Positions 10,118 to 21,906 are shown, numbered from the stretch's first letter. The stretch is 64,000 bases of DNA from an uncultured bacterium (GCA_963819815.1 CAWFXL010000001.1:607027-671026), one strand, 5' to 3'. Notes: generated from the sequence alone by a model not told the origin. Translations and numbers: made by a program.

Positions 10118-10354
10118 TTATCTACTGCGTTTGTCGCAGCAGCTTTTTTCTTTCTGGTCGCAGCGATCTTTGTTGCATGATGAGAAGTTTTTCTCTCTGC
10201 AGCAATCTCTATCTTTTGATTCACAACGATCTTTGTTGCATGATGAGAATTCTTTTTCTCTGCAGCAATCTCTATCTTTTTGTTTACCTGCAACTACATT
10301 AGAAGCAACAGCACAAGCTGCTACGAGTACTAATAGGCTTAAGAATTTTTTCAT
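10118..10354 (-). CDS. Small secreted Cys-rich, highly charged repeat peptide
   Basis: The start was re-set to the Met at 10354, preceded by GAAAGGG. The product is MKKFLSLLVLVAACAVASNVVAG followed by two 21-aa repeats (KDRDCCREKEFSSCNKDRCES / KDRDCCREKNFSSCNKDRCDQ). These are encoded by a 63-nt tandem repeat at about 10164..10280. Confidence 0.55.
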   Translation of the reverse strand: MKKFLSLLVLVAACAVASNVVAGKQKDRDCCREKEFSSCNKDRCESKDRDCCREKNFSSCNKDRCDQKEKSCCDKRSR

Positions 10355-10823
10355 GGAATTACCCTTTCTTAAAAAGTGTTTTTTGTTAGTTTTCTTATAC
10401 ATCAATTTTGGTATTCTGCCTTCCATAGTTCGATACCTGGTAATCATCCTTTCATCGTTAAGAGTGTTAACAAACAAACATCAATACCTCGGTGAGGTAG
10501 GATTCCTCACGCTGGATTGTTATACTTTCACTATACCGCATTCTCGATTACAGAAACAAGATTTTCTTAATTTTACATTAATTCAAAATAGAAATATTAT
10601 ATTTTTGTGAGAAGTCGCGCATTATTGATGCCCTCCTAGAGGCATGTATACTTACAAACTAGCAACCGTGCAATCGCATGCTAGCTTTGGAATAAAGCTA
10701 AACTTTTTTCTCCAAAAGTTTCACCCTGTCAATAAAGGGGGCCTGTTTTCCTGTTTCTCGACTTGGAAAATTCCCTATTTAGAGGTATACTAGGGACAAA
10801 TTCAGCAAATCGGGAGTATTTCC

Positions 10824-13241
<2,418 letters not shown>

Positions 13242-13243
13242 CG

Positions 13244-14263
13244 ATGGCACATCCCCAGATGGTACATCGACTCGTTGAAAAAATAAGAACCTTTAGTGAT
13301 GAGCATCAGCTCATACCTAAAGGTTCTCCCCTTATTGTGGGTCTTTCAGGGGGACCTGACTCGATAGCACTCCTGTCCATTCTTAAGACTCTCGAGCCTG
13401 TATATGACTATACACTCATCGCCGCACATCTTGATCATCAGTGGCGTATCCACTCATCTAAGGACGTTGCCTTCTGTAAAGAATTTGCCGATTCACTTCA
13501 AATAGCCTTTGTGCATACAACAGCGGATCAAATCAGCCTCACAAAAAAACCTCGATCTCAAGAAGATACAGGACGTCTTTTAAGACGGACTTATTTTGAA
13601 CGGCTCGCACAAGAGCATAGAGCCAAAGGAATTGCACTTGGCCATCATTACCATGATCAGCAGGAGACCTTTTTTCTTCGTTTAATTCGTGGAGCAAGTA
13701 TCGCTGGTCTCGCGGCTATGAAACCAAAACAAAAAGAATATATTCGTCCACTTCTTACCTGCACCAAGGATGAACTTATTGCGTATCTTAACGAGCTTGC
13801 TATCCCCTTTTTAACCGATGAAACGAATGATGATCCACGCTTTCTTCGTAATGCCATTCGACATACCGTCATGCCCGCCTTGCGCGCTTGTGATGATCGC
13901 TTCGAAGGATCATTTCAAAAAACCTTGAGCGCTCTTCAGGAAACAGATGCGTACCTTGAGCGCATTACAGAACAGATGCTTACCCAGCTTACCCGTGATT
14001 CTCACCAACTTAGTATTGATGCGTTCCTGGCAACTGATACGTTTCTACACCCTAGAATCCTCGTTGCATGGCTCTGTAAGGAAGGGGTGCCCTTTACGCC
14101 TTCCACAAAATTCTTTGAAGAACTCATTCGCTTCATGCACAACAATGCTCAGGAGCATCAGATGCATCCGTCATGGAAGCTCAGAAAATCAGGCACTCTT
14201 CTTTCTATTCATAAGATAGTCTCCAAAGATACGAACCCATCTTCATCGATTGTTCAGTCTTAG
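13244..14263 (+). CDS. tilS: tRNA(Ile)-lysidine synthase
   Basis: 339 aa. The PP-loop GLSGGPDSIAL and downstream HLDHQWR / HHYHDQQETF motifs are present. It starts 2 nt after the gyrB stop. Confidence 0.9.
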   Translation: MAHPQMVHRLVEKIRTFSDEHQLIPKGSPLIVGLSGGPDSIALLSILKTLEPVYDYTLIAAHLDHQWRIHSSKDVAFCKEFADSLQIAFVHTTADQISLTKKPRSQEDTGRLLRRTYFERLAQEHRAKGIALGHHYHDQQETFFLRLIRGASIAGLAAMKPKQKEYIRPLLTCTKDELIAYLNELAIPFLTDETNDDPRFLRNAIRHTVMPALRACDDRFEGSFQKTLSALQETDAYLERITEQMLTQLTRDSHQLSIDAFLATDTFLHPRILVAWLCKEGVPFTPSTKFFEELIRFMHNNAQEHQMHPSWKLRKSGTLLSIHKIVSKDTNPSSSIVQS

Positions 14264-14365
14264 CATTCGGTGTAGTGAAAAATGGAGGCCCGCCTCCCGT
14301 AGCTTTTTCTTGCGCATCTGCTAAGATAGAAAAATTATATAACACCCCTTCGTAAATAGAGCGCT

Positions 14366-14593
14366 ATGAAAAGGTATACTCTTTCTAAAACACTGTTCTT
14401 AGCCATGGTGCTCGTAAGCGTTTCTTTCCCGTTTTTATCTGCTAAAGCCGCACCTTCCTCAAAAAAAAAATCAGAGTACCAAGAAAGTTTCCGTTTCAAA
14501 AAAACGGAGTACACAGCGCAAACGGCCTTTCAGAAAAGCACTCAAGAAAACACTGAAACTTCCAAAAAAAATAGTTCAGCACAAATCCCGTAG
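14366..14593 (+). CDS. Signal-peptide ORF, probably the displaced 5' end of dacB
   Basis: MKRYTLSKTLFLAMVLVSVSFPFLSAKA is a signal peptide. The ORF ends 20 nt after an A8 run (14564..14571). The dacB frame is open from upstream of that run, so removing one A fuses the two ORFs. Confidence 0.5.
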   Translation: MKRYTLSKTLFLAMVLVSVSFPFLSAKAAPSSKKKSEYQESFRFKKTEYTAQTAFQKSTQENTETSKKNSSAQIP

Positions 14594-14675
14594 AGTTCCC
14601 GTATCAGCCACTGCTCTTTCTTCAACTGCACAGAAGCCACTCACTCAACAGGGAGTAAGCACAGCACAACAATCA

Positions 14676-16097
14676 TTGCAAGGTTTTCAAGCACCAGATA
14701 AAGCTCCGATTAGCAAGGCCCATCAAGAACAGCTACGAGCATTAAGAACTACTATAGGAAACTTAGTAAGCGAAGTTGATAAAAAGGCATCAGTCGGGGT
14801 AAAGGTAGTCCTTCTTAAAAATAATAGCACCATCTATGAAAAAAATGCTACCCATCTTTTTACCCCTGCAAGTAATACCAAACTGATTACTGCAGCCGCT
14901 GCTTACCATCTTTTAGGGCCAGACTATCAGTTTAAAACTAAACTCTATACTGACAAGAAAGTAGGAACCCATGCGATTCGCCATCTGTATATCAAAGGAG
15001 CGGGAGATCCCACACTCACCGATAAAGATCTTGTTGCATTAGCAAAGCGCTTAAGAAGTCTTGGCATTCACGAAATCAAGGGTGATATCATCGTTGATGC
15101 TTCCCTATTTTCATCTGAAAGCGCCGCTGCTCCTGGATGGAGTAAGGGAGATGGCCCCATCTTTGATAAATCTCCCACAGGTGGGCTCATGGTCAATCAT
15201 AGCTGTATTCGCATCCAGGTAAAGCCTTCAAGGATGGTAGGAAAGAAACCGATCGTTATTATTGATCCTCACACCGACTATGTGCTGATTCAAAACGAAG
15301 CAAAAACACGAGCAGAAAACAAACCTCATTCTCTTACAGTAGTTCCAGGAGCACATAATAGCCTCATCATTCGCGGATTTCTTGGAAAGAAAAGTAAAAC
15401 GAAGTTCTATAGAATGGCCGTAGAGCATCCCACTATCTATGCAGGTCAGGTCCTTGCCGGTATCTTAAAAGCACAAAAAATTCAGGTGCGAGGTAAGGTT
15501 ACCACCGGTATTGTTCCAGAGAATGCACGGTTTCTTGCTGAGCATAGCTCTACTGATTTAAACGACATAATCAGACATATGATGAAAAGATCAGATAACT
15601 TGTATGCAGATTCGCTCTTTAGACTCATGGGAGCTCGGCACACCAATGAACCAGGGAGCTGGGCCAATGGGAAAAAGGCGATTGAGGAGTTTTTACAGAC
15701 AACTGTAGGAATCGATACGACTACCCTTAAGATTTTTGATGGTTGCGGACTCTCCCATAAAAATAAAGTATCTCCCAACGATTTCATTCAGCTGCTGAGC
15801 TGGATGTATACCCAGTCACCATATAAAGATAACTTTATTGCCTCGCTTCCGATTGGAGGAGTTGACGGCACCCTGCGCAATAGAATGAAACAGACCGTCC
15901 CTCATAGTATCAACGCGAAAACGGGAAATTTAAATGGGGTGACCTGTCTCTCGGGTTATATTACCCCAAAGACAGGACTCCCACTTATTTTTGTAATCAT
16001 GGTAAACCGAAAAAATAAATCTGCCGTTATGTTCAAAAGAAAACTCGAAGACCAGCTGTGCAAGATTCTTGCAGCTCACGCTTTTAGTACTTCTTAA
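14676..16097 (+). CDS. dacB: D-alanyl-D-alanine carboxypeptidase/endopeptidase (PBP4 family), catalytic part
   Basis: SxxK (PASNTKL), SxN (RSDNLYAD) and KTG (NAKTGNL) motifs occur in PBP4 order. The ORF as drawn starts at TTG and lacks a signal peptide (see 14366..14593). Confidence 0.85.
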   Translation: MQGFQAPDKAPISKAHQEQLRALRTTIGNLVSEVDKKASVGVKVVLLKNNSTIYEKNATHLFTPASNTKLITAAAAYHLLGPDYQFKTKLYTDKKVGTHAIRHLYIKGAGDPTLTDKDLVALAKRLRSLGIHEIKGDIIVDASLFSSESAAAPGWSKGDGPIFDKSPTGGLMVNHSCIRIQVKPSRMVGKKPIVIIDPHTDYVLIQNEAKTRAENKPHSLTVVPGAHNSLIIRGFLGKKSKTKFYRMAVEHPTIYAGQVLAGILKAQKIQVRGKVTTGIVPENARFLAEHSSTDLNDIIRHMMKRSDNLYADSLFRLMGARHTNEPGSWANGKKAIEEFLQTTVGIDTTTLKIFDGCGLSHKNKVSPNDFIQLLSWMYTQSPYKDNFIASLPIGGVDGTLRNRMKQTVPHSINAKTGNLNGVTCLSGYITPKTGLPLIFVIMVNRKNKSAVMFKRKLEDQLCKILAAHAFSTS

Positions 16098-16542
16098 GAG
16101 GCTCCGGCTGATGATAAAAACTCTCATGTTTTTCGCATGATTCAATACACTCATCAACTGCAATTAAAGCTCGCTCACAAACATCGCGGGCATCTTGGCA
16201 TGCCGATCTACACCCTTCTAGTAGAGAACAGGTATCGATTGAGGCATTAAGTGTCCTTATACACTCACCAAGAGTTTTCACTGCTTTATTGATAACCTCC
16301 ATATGATTCTCATCACCTTCATCTTTGAATTGGATGATCATCTCATCTAATACTTTAACGCAGGAATGGCAGGTCGCAATACACTCATGTGCTTGATCAA
16401 TAAAGTTTTTAGCCCCAATGGGACACTGGGCAGGCTTTTCACATAGATCTTCACAAGAATCCGCCGCAGCAATGCAGCTTTCTAGTTCAACGATGCTTTT
16501 ATTGCAGGCATCCATGAGGTTAGTAAACGCTTGAGGTAACAT
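16084..16542 (-). CDS. Cys-rich helical protein, possibly a Csp3/DUF326-like four-helix-bundle metal-binding protein
   Basis: 152 aa with 16 Cys, mostly spaced i/i+3-4 in predicted helices (SCIAAADSCEDLC, ECIATCHSC, DECIESC). No signal peptide. The family call is tentative. Confidence 0.35.
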   Translation of the reverse strand: MLPQAFTNLMDACNKSIVELESCIAAADSCEDLCEKPAQCPIGAKNFIDQAHECIATCHSCVKVLDEMIIQFKDEGDENHMEVINKAVKTLGECIRTLNASIDTCSLLEGCRSACQDARDVCERALIAVDECIESCEKHESFYHQPEPLKKY

Positions 16543-16694
16543 ACTGATACCCTCCGTAAGTCCCTAGTCAGACACCGCCCCTTTACCTAACTCAGGAATT
16601 TTGCATACACTTACACAAACGCACATCGCTCAATTCTCACTCGTTGATTTCATAATAGCATACATAAAATTAATTATTCAATAGTTTCATTCAA

Positions 16695-17252
16695 CTATTT
16701 TCGAAGTGAAGAGATAGGAATTACAAAACGCCAGAGTTTATCAACTCCTTGCGAGATACCAATCCGAGGAGTAGAAAGTACTTGAGCTGGCTGATATACA
16801 TCGTCATAGACACAGAGTAAGGAGGAAGATTGAGTAAGATCGATACCGTTATGTTCAAGGGAAACCTGAAGAGCCTTGCCCGTTCTTCCAGGGCCATCGA
16901 TACGTCGTGTTATTTTATTGGTATCACTCATCTGTTCAATTCCACGAATAAGCACCCCTCCTGCGGAAACACCTTCTGGCCGTGAAACAATATTCATGCA
17001 CCAATGAATACCATAACTTAGGTATATATAGGAATGGCCCACAGGCCCAAAAAGTGCTGAATTCCGCTTTGTAAGACCACGATAGGCGTGACAAGCAGGA
17101 TCATCGGAACGATAGGCTTCAGTTTCTACGATACGGCCAATAAAAGGCACATCAGCAACTGAGCATATAAGCACTTTGCCAAGCAAATCGCGTGCTACAG
17201 CAACCGTATCTCGTTCGTAAAAACTTCGTGGTAAAGGGTTTAAGGTATTCAT
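16695..17252 (-). CDS. mpg: DNA-3-methyladenine glycosylase (MPG/AAG family)
   Basis: 185 aa. FYERDTVAVARDLLGKVL, ETEAY, DPACHAYRG.T.RN..LFGP.GHSYIYL.YG are hallmark MPG-family strings. Confidence 0.85.
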   Translation of the reverse strand: MNTLNPLPRSFYERDTVAVARDLLGKVLICSVADVPFIGRIVETEAYRSDDPACHAYRGLTKRNSALFGPVGHSYIYLSYGIHWCMNIVSRPEGVSAGGVLIRGIEQMSDTNKITRRIDGPGRTGKALQVSLEHNGIDLTQSSSLLCVYDDVYQPAQVLSTPRIGISQGVDKLWRFVIPISSLRK

Positions 17253-17287
17253 ATAGCTCCCCTAGGCTAACTTATACATGCGGTAAA

Positions 17288-18094
17288 CTATCTATTGAGA
17301 TAAATAATATCAATACATTGAGGAAAGGTCATTTCTTGAGGATTCTCCTGAAAGAAACTTAGAAGCCGATCAGATGCATAATTTTTAAGCGCTGTACCAA
17401 AACGCGTTTGCTGCTGAATCTCAGGAGTTATTTGAAGGTAACAATACGCCCTTTTAAGATCATCTTTTTCAAGAGAGTCTAAATGGGCCTTAAGGTTATT
17501 CAAAGTCAGCGTATTTTTCGTAAAAGTTGGCTGTAAATCGGTCCATATAACGGCAGTGTATCCATTTTCACGTGCCCAGGAAACGATTCTCTGAAGCAGA
17601 GTATGGTCTGTATAATAGTCATCGCCAATAGTGCCCTTTTGAAGAGTAGTTTTTCCCGTGCGTACATTATAGTCTTTGCGCCTATAGGTACTATCTTGCA
17701 GATTAACATACCCAATGTTTTCAGCAGAAACACCTTCACGAGCCTGCAACGCCGAACGGGCTTGGCTAACATTATCACCTCTATAGGTAGCATAAAATGT
17801 TTCCACCTCTTTTATTAAGGGCTCTGTGCCAAGCTTTCCAAATCCAGACGCAATAACAAGACTGAGTCTGCCATCACTATTTTGACGGGCATACTCGACC
17901 GGAAGTGTGGGACCTGTGCGGGGATTAGACTTAAATCCATTTGGCTCAACCAAAGGAAGACTGCCAGGATTTGCAGCTAGAGAACCCCAAGATAAATAGG
18001 CAATTTTTGCAGGCGCTTCTACGCCATTCATAGGAACAAGCCAGAAAAGAGCTCCAAGAATCACATATAGACTTCGTATACAATACACAAGCAT
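17288..18094 (-). CDS. Secreted hypothetical protein
   Basis: 268 aa with an N-terminal signal-like helix (LYVILGALFWLVPMNGVEA). No family recognised. Confidence 0.5.
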   Translation of the reverse strand: MLVYCIRSLYVILGALFWLVPMNGVEAPAKIAYLSWGSLAANPGSLPLVEPNGFKSNPRTGPTLPVEYARQNSDGRLSLVIASGFGKLGTEPLIKEVETFYATYRGDNVSQARSALQAREGVSAENIGYVNLQDSTYRRKDYNVRTGKTTLQKGTIGDDYYTDHTLLQRIVSWARENGYTAVIWTDLQPTFTKNTLTLNNLKAHLDSLEKDDLKRAYCYLQITPEIQQQTRFGTALKNYASDRLLSFFQENPQEMTFPQCIDIIYLNR

Positions 18095-18135
18095 CTCCTT
18101 TATCTCTTGTCAAACATCTGAAATTCTCATATTTA

Positions 18136-18165
18136 ATTGTATCACAAATAGTTTCACCCTGTCAA
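18136..18165 (-). promoter_or_regulatory. Sigma70-like promoter for 17288..18094
   Basis: The minus strand reads TTGACA (18165..18160), an 18-nt spacer, then TACAAT (18141..18136), about 40 nt upstream of the start codon. Confidence 0.5.
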
Positions 18166-18306
18166 GAGTTTAAGCAGAGTGATCCTAATACTCGCATGTA
18201 TGCAGATCCGTGACTCTCAAAAGGCCATTACTTGTGGATTTTGGGTTACCGTATAGCCAAGACTCGTTCCGATAGATTTTATAGGAGAGGAGATGCTATA
18301 AATACA

Positions 18307-18334
18307 TTGACACAACTGGTGATTTAGCTACAAT
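18307..18334 (+). promoter_or_regulatory. Sigma70-like promoter for the ankyrin-repeat gene
   Basis: TTGACA (18307..18312), a 16-nt spacer, then TACAAT (18329..18334), 60 nt upstream of the ATG at 18395. Confidence 0.5.
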
Positions 18335-18394
18335 TCATACTACACATCGGGTTATGTTGATTAAGTCATATCTATAACAAGCAGGACCTATCTG

Positions 18395-20854
18395 ATGCGC
18401 GCTATATTCTACTCTCTTATCTTACTCGTAACATTTTCACTGTCTATACAGGCAAAAGATTCGATTCACTCGACTCAAGCAGCTCAGGACCAATTAAATA
18501 GAGAATTCCTTGCTGCGGCGGCGGAAGGTTCCTCAAACTTACTTGCCGACCTTCTTAAGAGGGGAGCTCATGTTAATGCCCAGGATGAATATGACTTGAC
18601 ACCTCTTCACTATGCCGCTCGGAATGGTCATAGAGGCTGTTTAGAGATTCTCATTACTGCTAAGGCAAACGTTAATGCTCAGGATAGAAGTGGCAGCACA
18701 CCTCTTCACTATGCCACTCTGCATGGTCATAGAGGCTGTTTAGAGATTCTCATTGCAGCTAAGGCAAACGTTAATGCTCAAGATAGAAGTGGCAGCACAC
18801 CTCTTCACGATGCCACTCTGAATGGTTATAGAGACTGCTCAGAGATTCTAATTGCAGCCAAGGCAGACGTCAATGCTCAGGATAAAAGTGGCAGTACACC
18901 CCTACATCACACTGTTTATAAAGGCGACCAAGAGAGTACCAGTATCCTCATTACCGCCAATGCAGATGTTAATAGACAAGATAGAGGGGGCCGCACCCCC
19001 CTTCACGAAGCTGCTACATATGGCCATAGAACCTGCTTAGATATTCTCATTACTGCTCAGGCAGATGTTAATATTCAGGACTCAGATGGCGACACACCCC
19101 TGCACAAAGCTGTTTACCGCGGCCACCAAGATTGTATCGGTGTTCTCATTGCTGCCAACGCAGAGGTTAATGTTCAGGATAGAACGGGCGACACACCCGT
19201 ACATTATGCTGCTGAATGTGGCTATAGCACCTGTTTAGAGATTCTTATTACTGCTCAGGCCGAGGTAAATGCTCAGGGTAGAGATGGCGCCACGCCACTC
19301 CACAAAGCTGCCTGCAATGGCCATAGAAACTGTATAGATATACTCATTACAGCTAACGCACTTGTTAATATTCAAGATAGAGAAGGCGATATACCTCTTC
19401 ACAAGGCTGCTCGAAATGGTCATAGAGAGTGTGTAGATAAACTCATTAAGACTCTCGCCGAGGTAAATGTTCACAACGGAAGTGATCTCACACCGCTTCA
19501 CATGGCTGCTTGCAATGATCATAGCGAGTGCGTAGGAATGCTCCTTACCTCTGGAGCAGACGTTAATGCTCAGGATATCGATGGCTTTACACCCCTTCAC
19601 TATGCTGCCAGAAATGGTTGTAGAGACTGCTTAGAGATTCTTATTACTGCTCAGGCAGATGTTAACGTTGAGGATACAGATGGCGAAATGGCTCTTCATA
19701 AGGCTGCTTACAATGGTCATAGAGGCTGCGTAAATATTCTTATTAGCGCCATGGCAGATGTTAATGCTCGGAATAAAAATGGCAACGCACCCATCCACGA
19801 AGCTGCTTGCCATGCTCATGGAGGCTGCTTGGACATTCTCATTAAAGCTAAAGCAGATGCTAACGCTCAGAATAAAAATGGTTTGACACCCCTTCACTAT
19901 GCAGCAAAGAATGGTCATCCAGATTGTGTGGATATTCTCATTAACGCTAAAGCAAAGGTTAATTCGCAAGATATAAATGGCTCAACACCACTGCACAATG
20001 CTGCTGAAGAGGGTCGCCTAGATTGTATAGATATTCTCATTAGCGCCAAAGCTGACGTCAATGCACAGGATAGAGATGGCTTAACACCACTTCACTATAC
20101 TGCTAAGAATGGCTGTAGAAACTGCATACATATTCTTATTAATTCTAACGTAGACGTTAATGCTCTGGATAAAGATGGCTTTACACCACTTCACTATGCT
20201 GCAAGCAATGGTCATAGAGACTGTCTAGATATTCTCATTAGGGCTAAAGCAGAGGTGAATGCTCAGGATAGAAGAGGCTCTACACCACTTCATTATGCCG
20301 TTGAATACGGTCATAGATACTGTCTAGAAACTCTCATTAGAGCTAAGGCAGATGTTAATGCTCAGGATAGAGATGGCTTCACACCACTTCACATAGCTGC
20401 TCGCAATGGCCTTAAAGACTGCATGGATATTCTCATTAAAGCTAAAGCTGATGTTAATGCTCAGGACAATCAATGTCGCAATAAGGCATTGCAGATGGCT
20501 GCTGAGTGTGATGCATGTGATTGTGTCGAGCTACTCATAAAGCACAGTTATTTGATGTTCGCACCTTCAGCAGAAACTTCTTCTGAAGCTCTTGAAAGAG
20601 TTCGTACAGCTCGCGCTCTACCTGACGACCTTTCTCTGATTTTTCTTGATCAAGTCAGACAAGGACAAGTCGCCGAAGATTCCTTAATCAAATCAAAAGA
20701 TACGGCCATTCACTATCTCATTAAAAAGTTTACTGATCATAGTGCATTATTTGATCTAAGTAGTGTGAGCATTGCACTCAGAGTATTCCTCCAAGATACA
20801 ACTCATATTGAAAAGCTTATCAGAGAAGGTGTCAACGAAAGATGTAGCAACTAA
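18395..20854 (+). CDS. Secreted ankyrin-repeat protein (~20 tandem ANK repeats)
   Basis: 819 aa. After the signal peptide MRAIFYSLILLVTFSLSIQA come 19 consecutive 33-aa units of the form G.TPLH.AA.NGH..C..ILI.AKA.VNAQD plus capping repeats. The last ~130 aa are non-repeat. The DNA shows a 99-nt periodicity. Confidence 0.95.
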   Translation: MRAIFYSLILLVTFSLSIQAKDSIHSTQAAQDQLNREFLAAAAEGSSNLLADLLKRGAHVNAQDEYDLTPLHYAARNGHRGCLEILITAKANVNAQDRSGSTPLHYATLHGHRGCLEILIAAKANVNAQDRSGSTPLHDATLNGYRDCSEILIAAKADVNAQDKSGSTPLHHTVYKGDQESTSILITANADVNRQDRGGRTPLHEAATYGHRTCLDILITAQADVNIQDSDGDTPLHKAVYRGHQDCIGVLIAANAEVNVQDRTGDTPVHYAAECGYSTCLEILITAQAEVNAQGRDGATPLHKAACNGHRNCIDILITANALVNIQDREGDIPLHKAARNGHRECVDKLIKTLAEVNVHNGSDLTPLHMAACNDHSECVGMLLTSGADVNAQDIDGFTPLHYAARNGCRDCLEILITAQADVNVEDTDGEMALHKAAYNGHRGCVNILISAMADVNARNKNGNAPIHEAACHAHGGCLDILIKAKADANAQNKNGLTPLHYAAKNGHPDCVDILINAKAKVNSQDINGSTPLHNAAEEGRLDCIDILISAKADVNAQDRDGLTPLHYTAKNGCRNCIHILINSNVDVNALDKDGFTPLHYAASNGHRDCLDILIRAKAEVNAQDRRGSTPLHYAVEYGHRYCLETLIRAKADVNAQDRDGFTPLHIAARNGLKDCMDILIKAKADVNAQDNQCRNKALQMAAECDACDCVELLIKHSYLMFAPSAETSSEALERVRTARALPDDLSLIFLDQVRQGQVAEDSLIKSKDTAIHYLIKKFTDHSALFDLSSVSIALRVFLQDTTHIEKLIREGVNERCSN

Positions 20855-20989
20855 AGGTATATATAAGATCAGTCTTCATTTTGACTCACTAGTTCGCATT
20901 TTCCCCAGATGCAGCATCAACCATAGTTTTTTTATAGCTCTTTCCGGTATACTAGTAGAAGCGGATTTAACCATCCTACACAATGGACT

Positions 20990-21886
20990 ATGACCACATT
21001 TACGTTCAAAAAATATCGCTCCTTTATTCTTTCATGTCTTCTGCATGCACTGTTGCTCTTGGTCCTACTGTATACAAGAATATATCAGAATAGTCCCGAG
21101 CAGCTCATTCGTACTACGCGTATCCCTGCAAAAGTCCAGATGCAAAATATACCCCAGCTGCCTTTTCAACCTCCCGCTTCTGATAATCAACCTACCCTGG
21201 ATGATACAGCAGAGTCTAAACCCGTCCAGCAGGAAGAGGCCCATCCTGAACAAATGTCTGAAGAAAACGCCAAATCAGAGATTCTAGAGAAAAAAGAATC
21301 TACATTTCAAGAGCAGCTCCCTCAGAAAGAGGCTCCAAAAAATGTATCAGAGAAAACTAGCATGCAGCCTTTCTCTAGAAATGACTACCTATCAGCTTCA
21401 CCGTATCAAAGCAAAAACGTTCAGCATGGAACATCTGTTTCACGTGAGGCGTTTATGCAAGCTTTTTCATCGGCAATACAGCATGGGAAGGTATATCCTA
21501 CAGCTAAGTCTTCTCAAGATGCCTACTCTGGTCCTGCTCATGTGCAAGAGCGCCTTCAAGAATGGGGCCAGCACCATTATAAAGAAAAGCTATTTAAAGC
21601 ACTAAGAAAAGCCAGTGTACATACCTCAACTCATATCTATAATGAACGATCTCTCAAGAAAAGAATATTAATCACCATCACCATCACTAAAGACGGCATG
21701 CTCGGCAAAATTAATAAAAACGATCTCTCAGGAATTCAGGAAGTTGATAACCATATCATCAGAATTCTCGAGTCAGCTGACTTTCCGCCGATTCCAGACC
21801 GCTATGGTACAGATTCATTTGTCTTTTCACTCCCTATAGAAATTAACCTTCAACCAGGCTCAGGGGCATACCGACTCTTTGTATAA
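20990..21886 (+). CDS. TonB/TolA-like energy-transducer family protein
   Basis: The protein has an N-terminal TM anchor (FILSCLLHALLLLVLLY), a Pro/Glu/Gln-rich linker and a C-terminal ~80-aa domain (ILITITITKDGMLGKI...FPPIPD...FVFSLPIEINL) resembling the TonB C-terminal fold. Confidence 0.5.
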   Translation: MTTFTFKKYRSFILSCLLHALLLLVLLYTRIYQNSPEQLIRTTRIPAKVQMQNIPQLPFQPPASDNQPTLDDTAESKPVQQEEAHPEQMSEENAKSEILEKKESTFQEQLPQKEAPKNVSEKTSMQPFSRNDYLSASPYQSKNVQHGTSVSREAFMQAFSSAIQHGKVYPTAKSSQDAYSGPAHVQERLQEWGQHHYKEKLFKALRKASVHTSTHIYNERSLKKRILITITITKDGMLGKINKNDLSGIQEVDNHIIRILESADFPPIPDRYGTDSFVFSLPIEINLQPGSGAYRLFV

Positions 21887-21906
21887 TTGAAAAGCACTAG
21901 ATAAGA

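Noticed and set aside
10047-10610. 187-aa plus-strand ORF and overlapping small ORFs (10081..10302, 10111..10293).
   Set aside because: They are antisense or overlapping to the signal-peptide Cys-rich gene, with low-complexity translation and no RBS. The minus-strand gene has a signal peptide, an RBS and a terminator.
19235-19969. Two >110-aa minus-strand ORFs (19235..19600, 19631..19969) plus a 99-nt DNA periodicity that could be mistaken for a repeat array or CRISPR.
   Set aside because: They lie antisense inside the ankyrin-repeat CDS. The periodicity is the in-frame 33-aa ANK unit with no unique spacers, and the antisense frames stay open only because of repeat composition.
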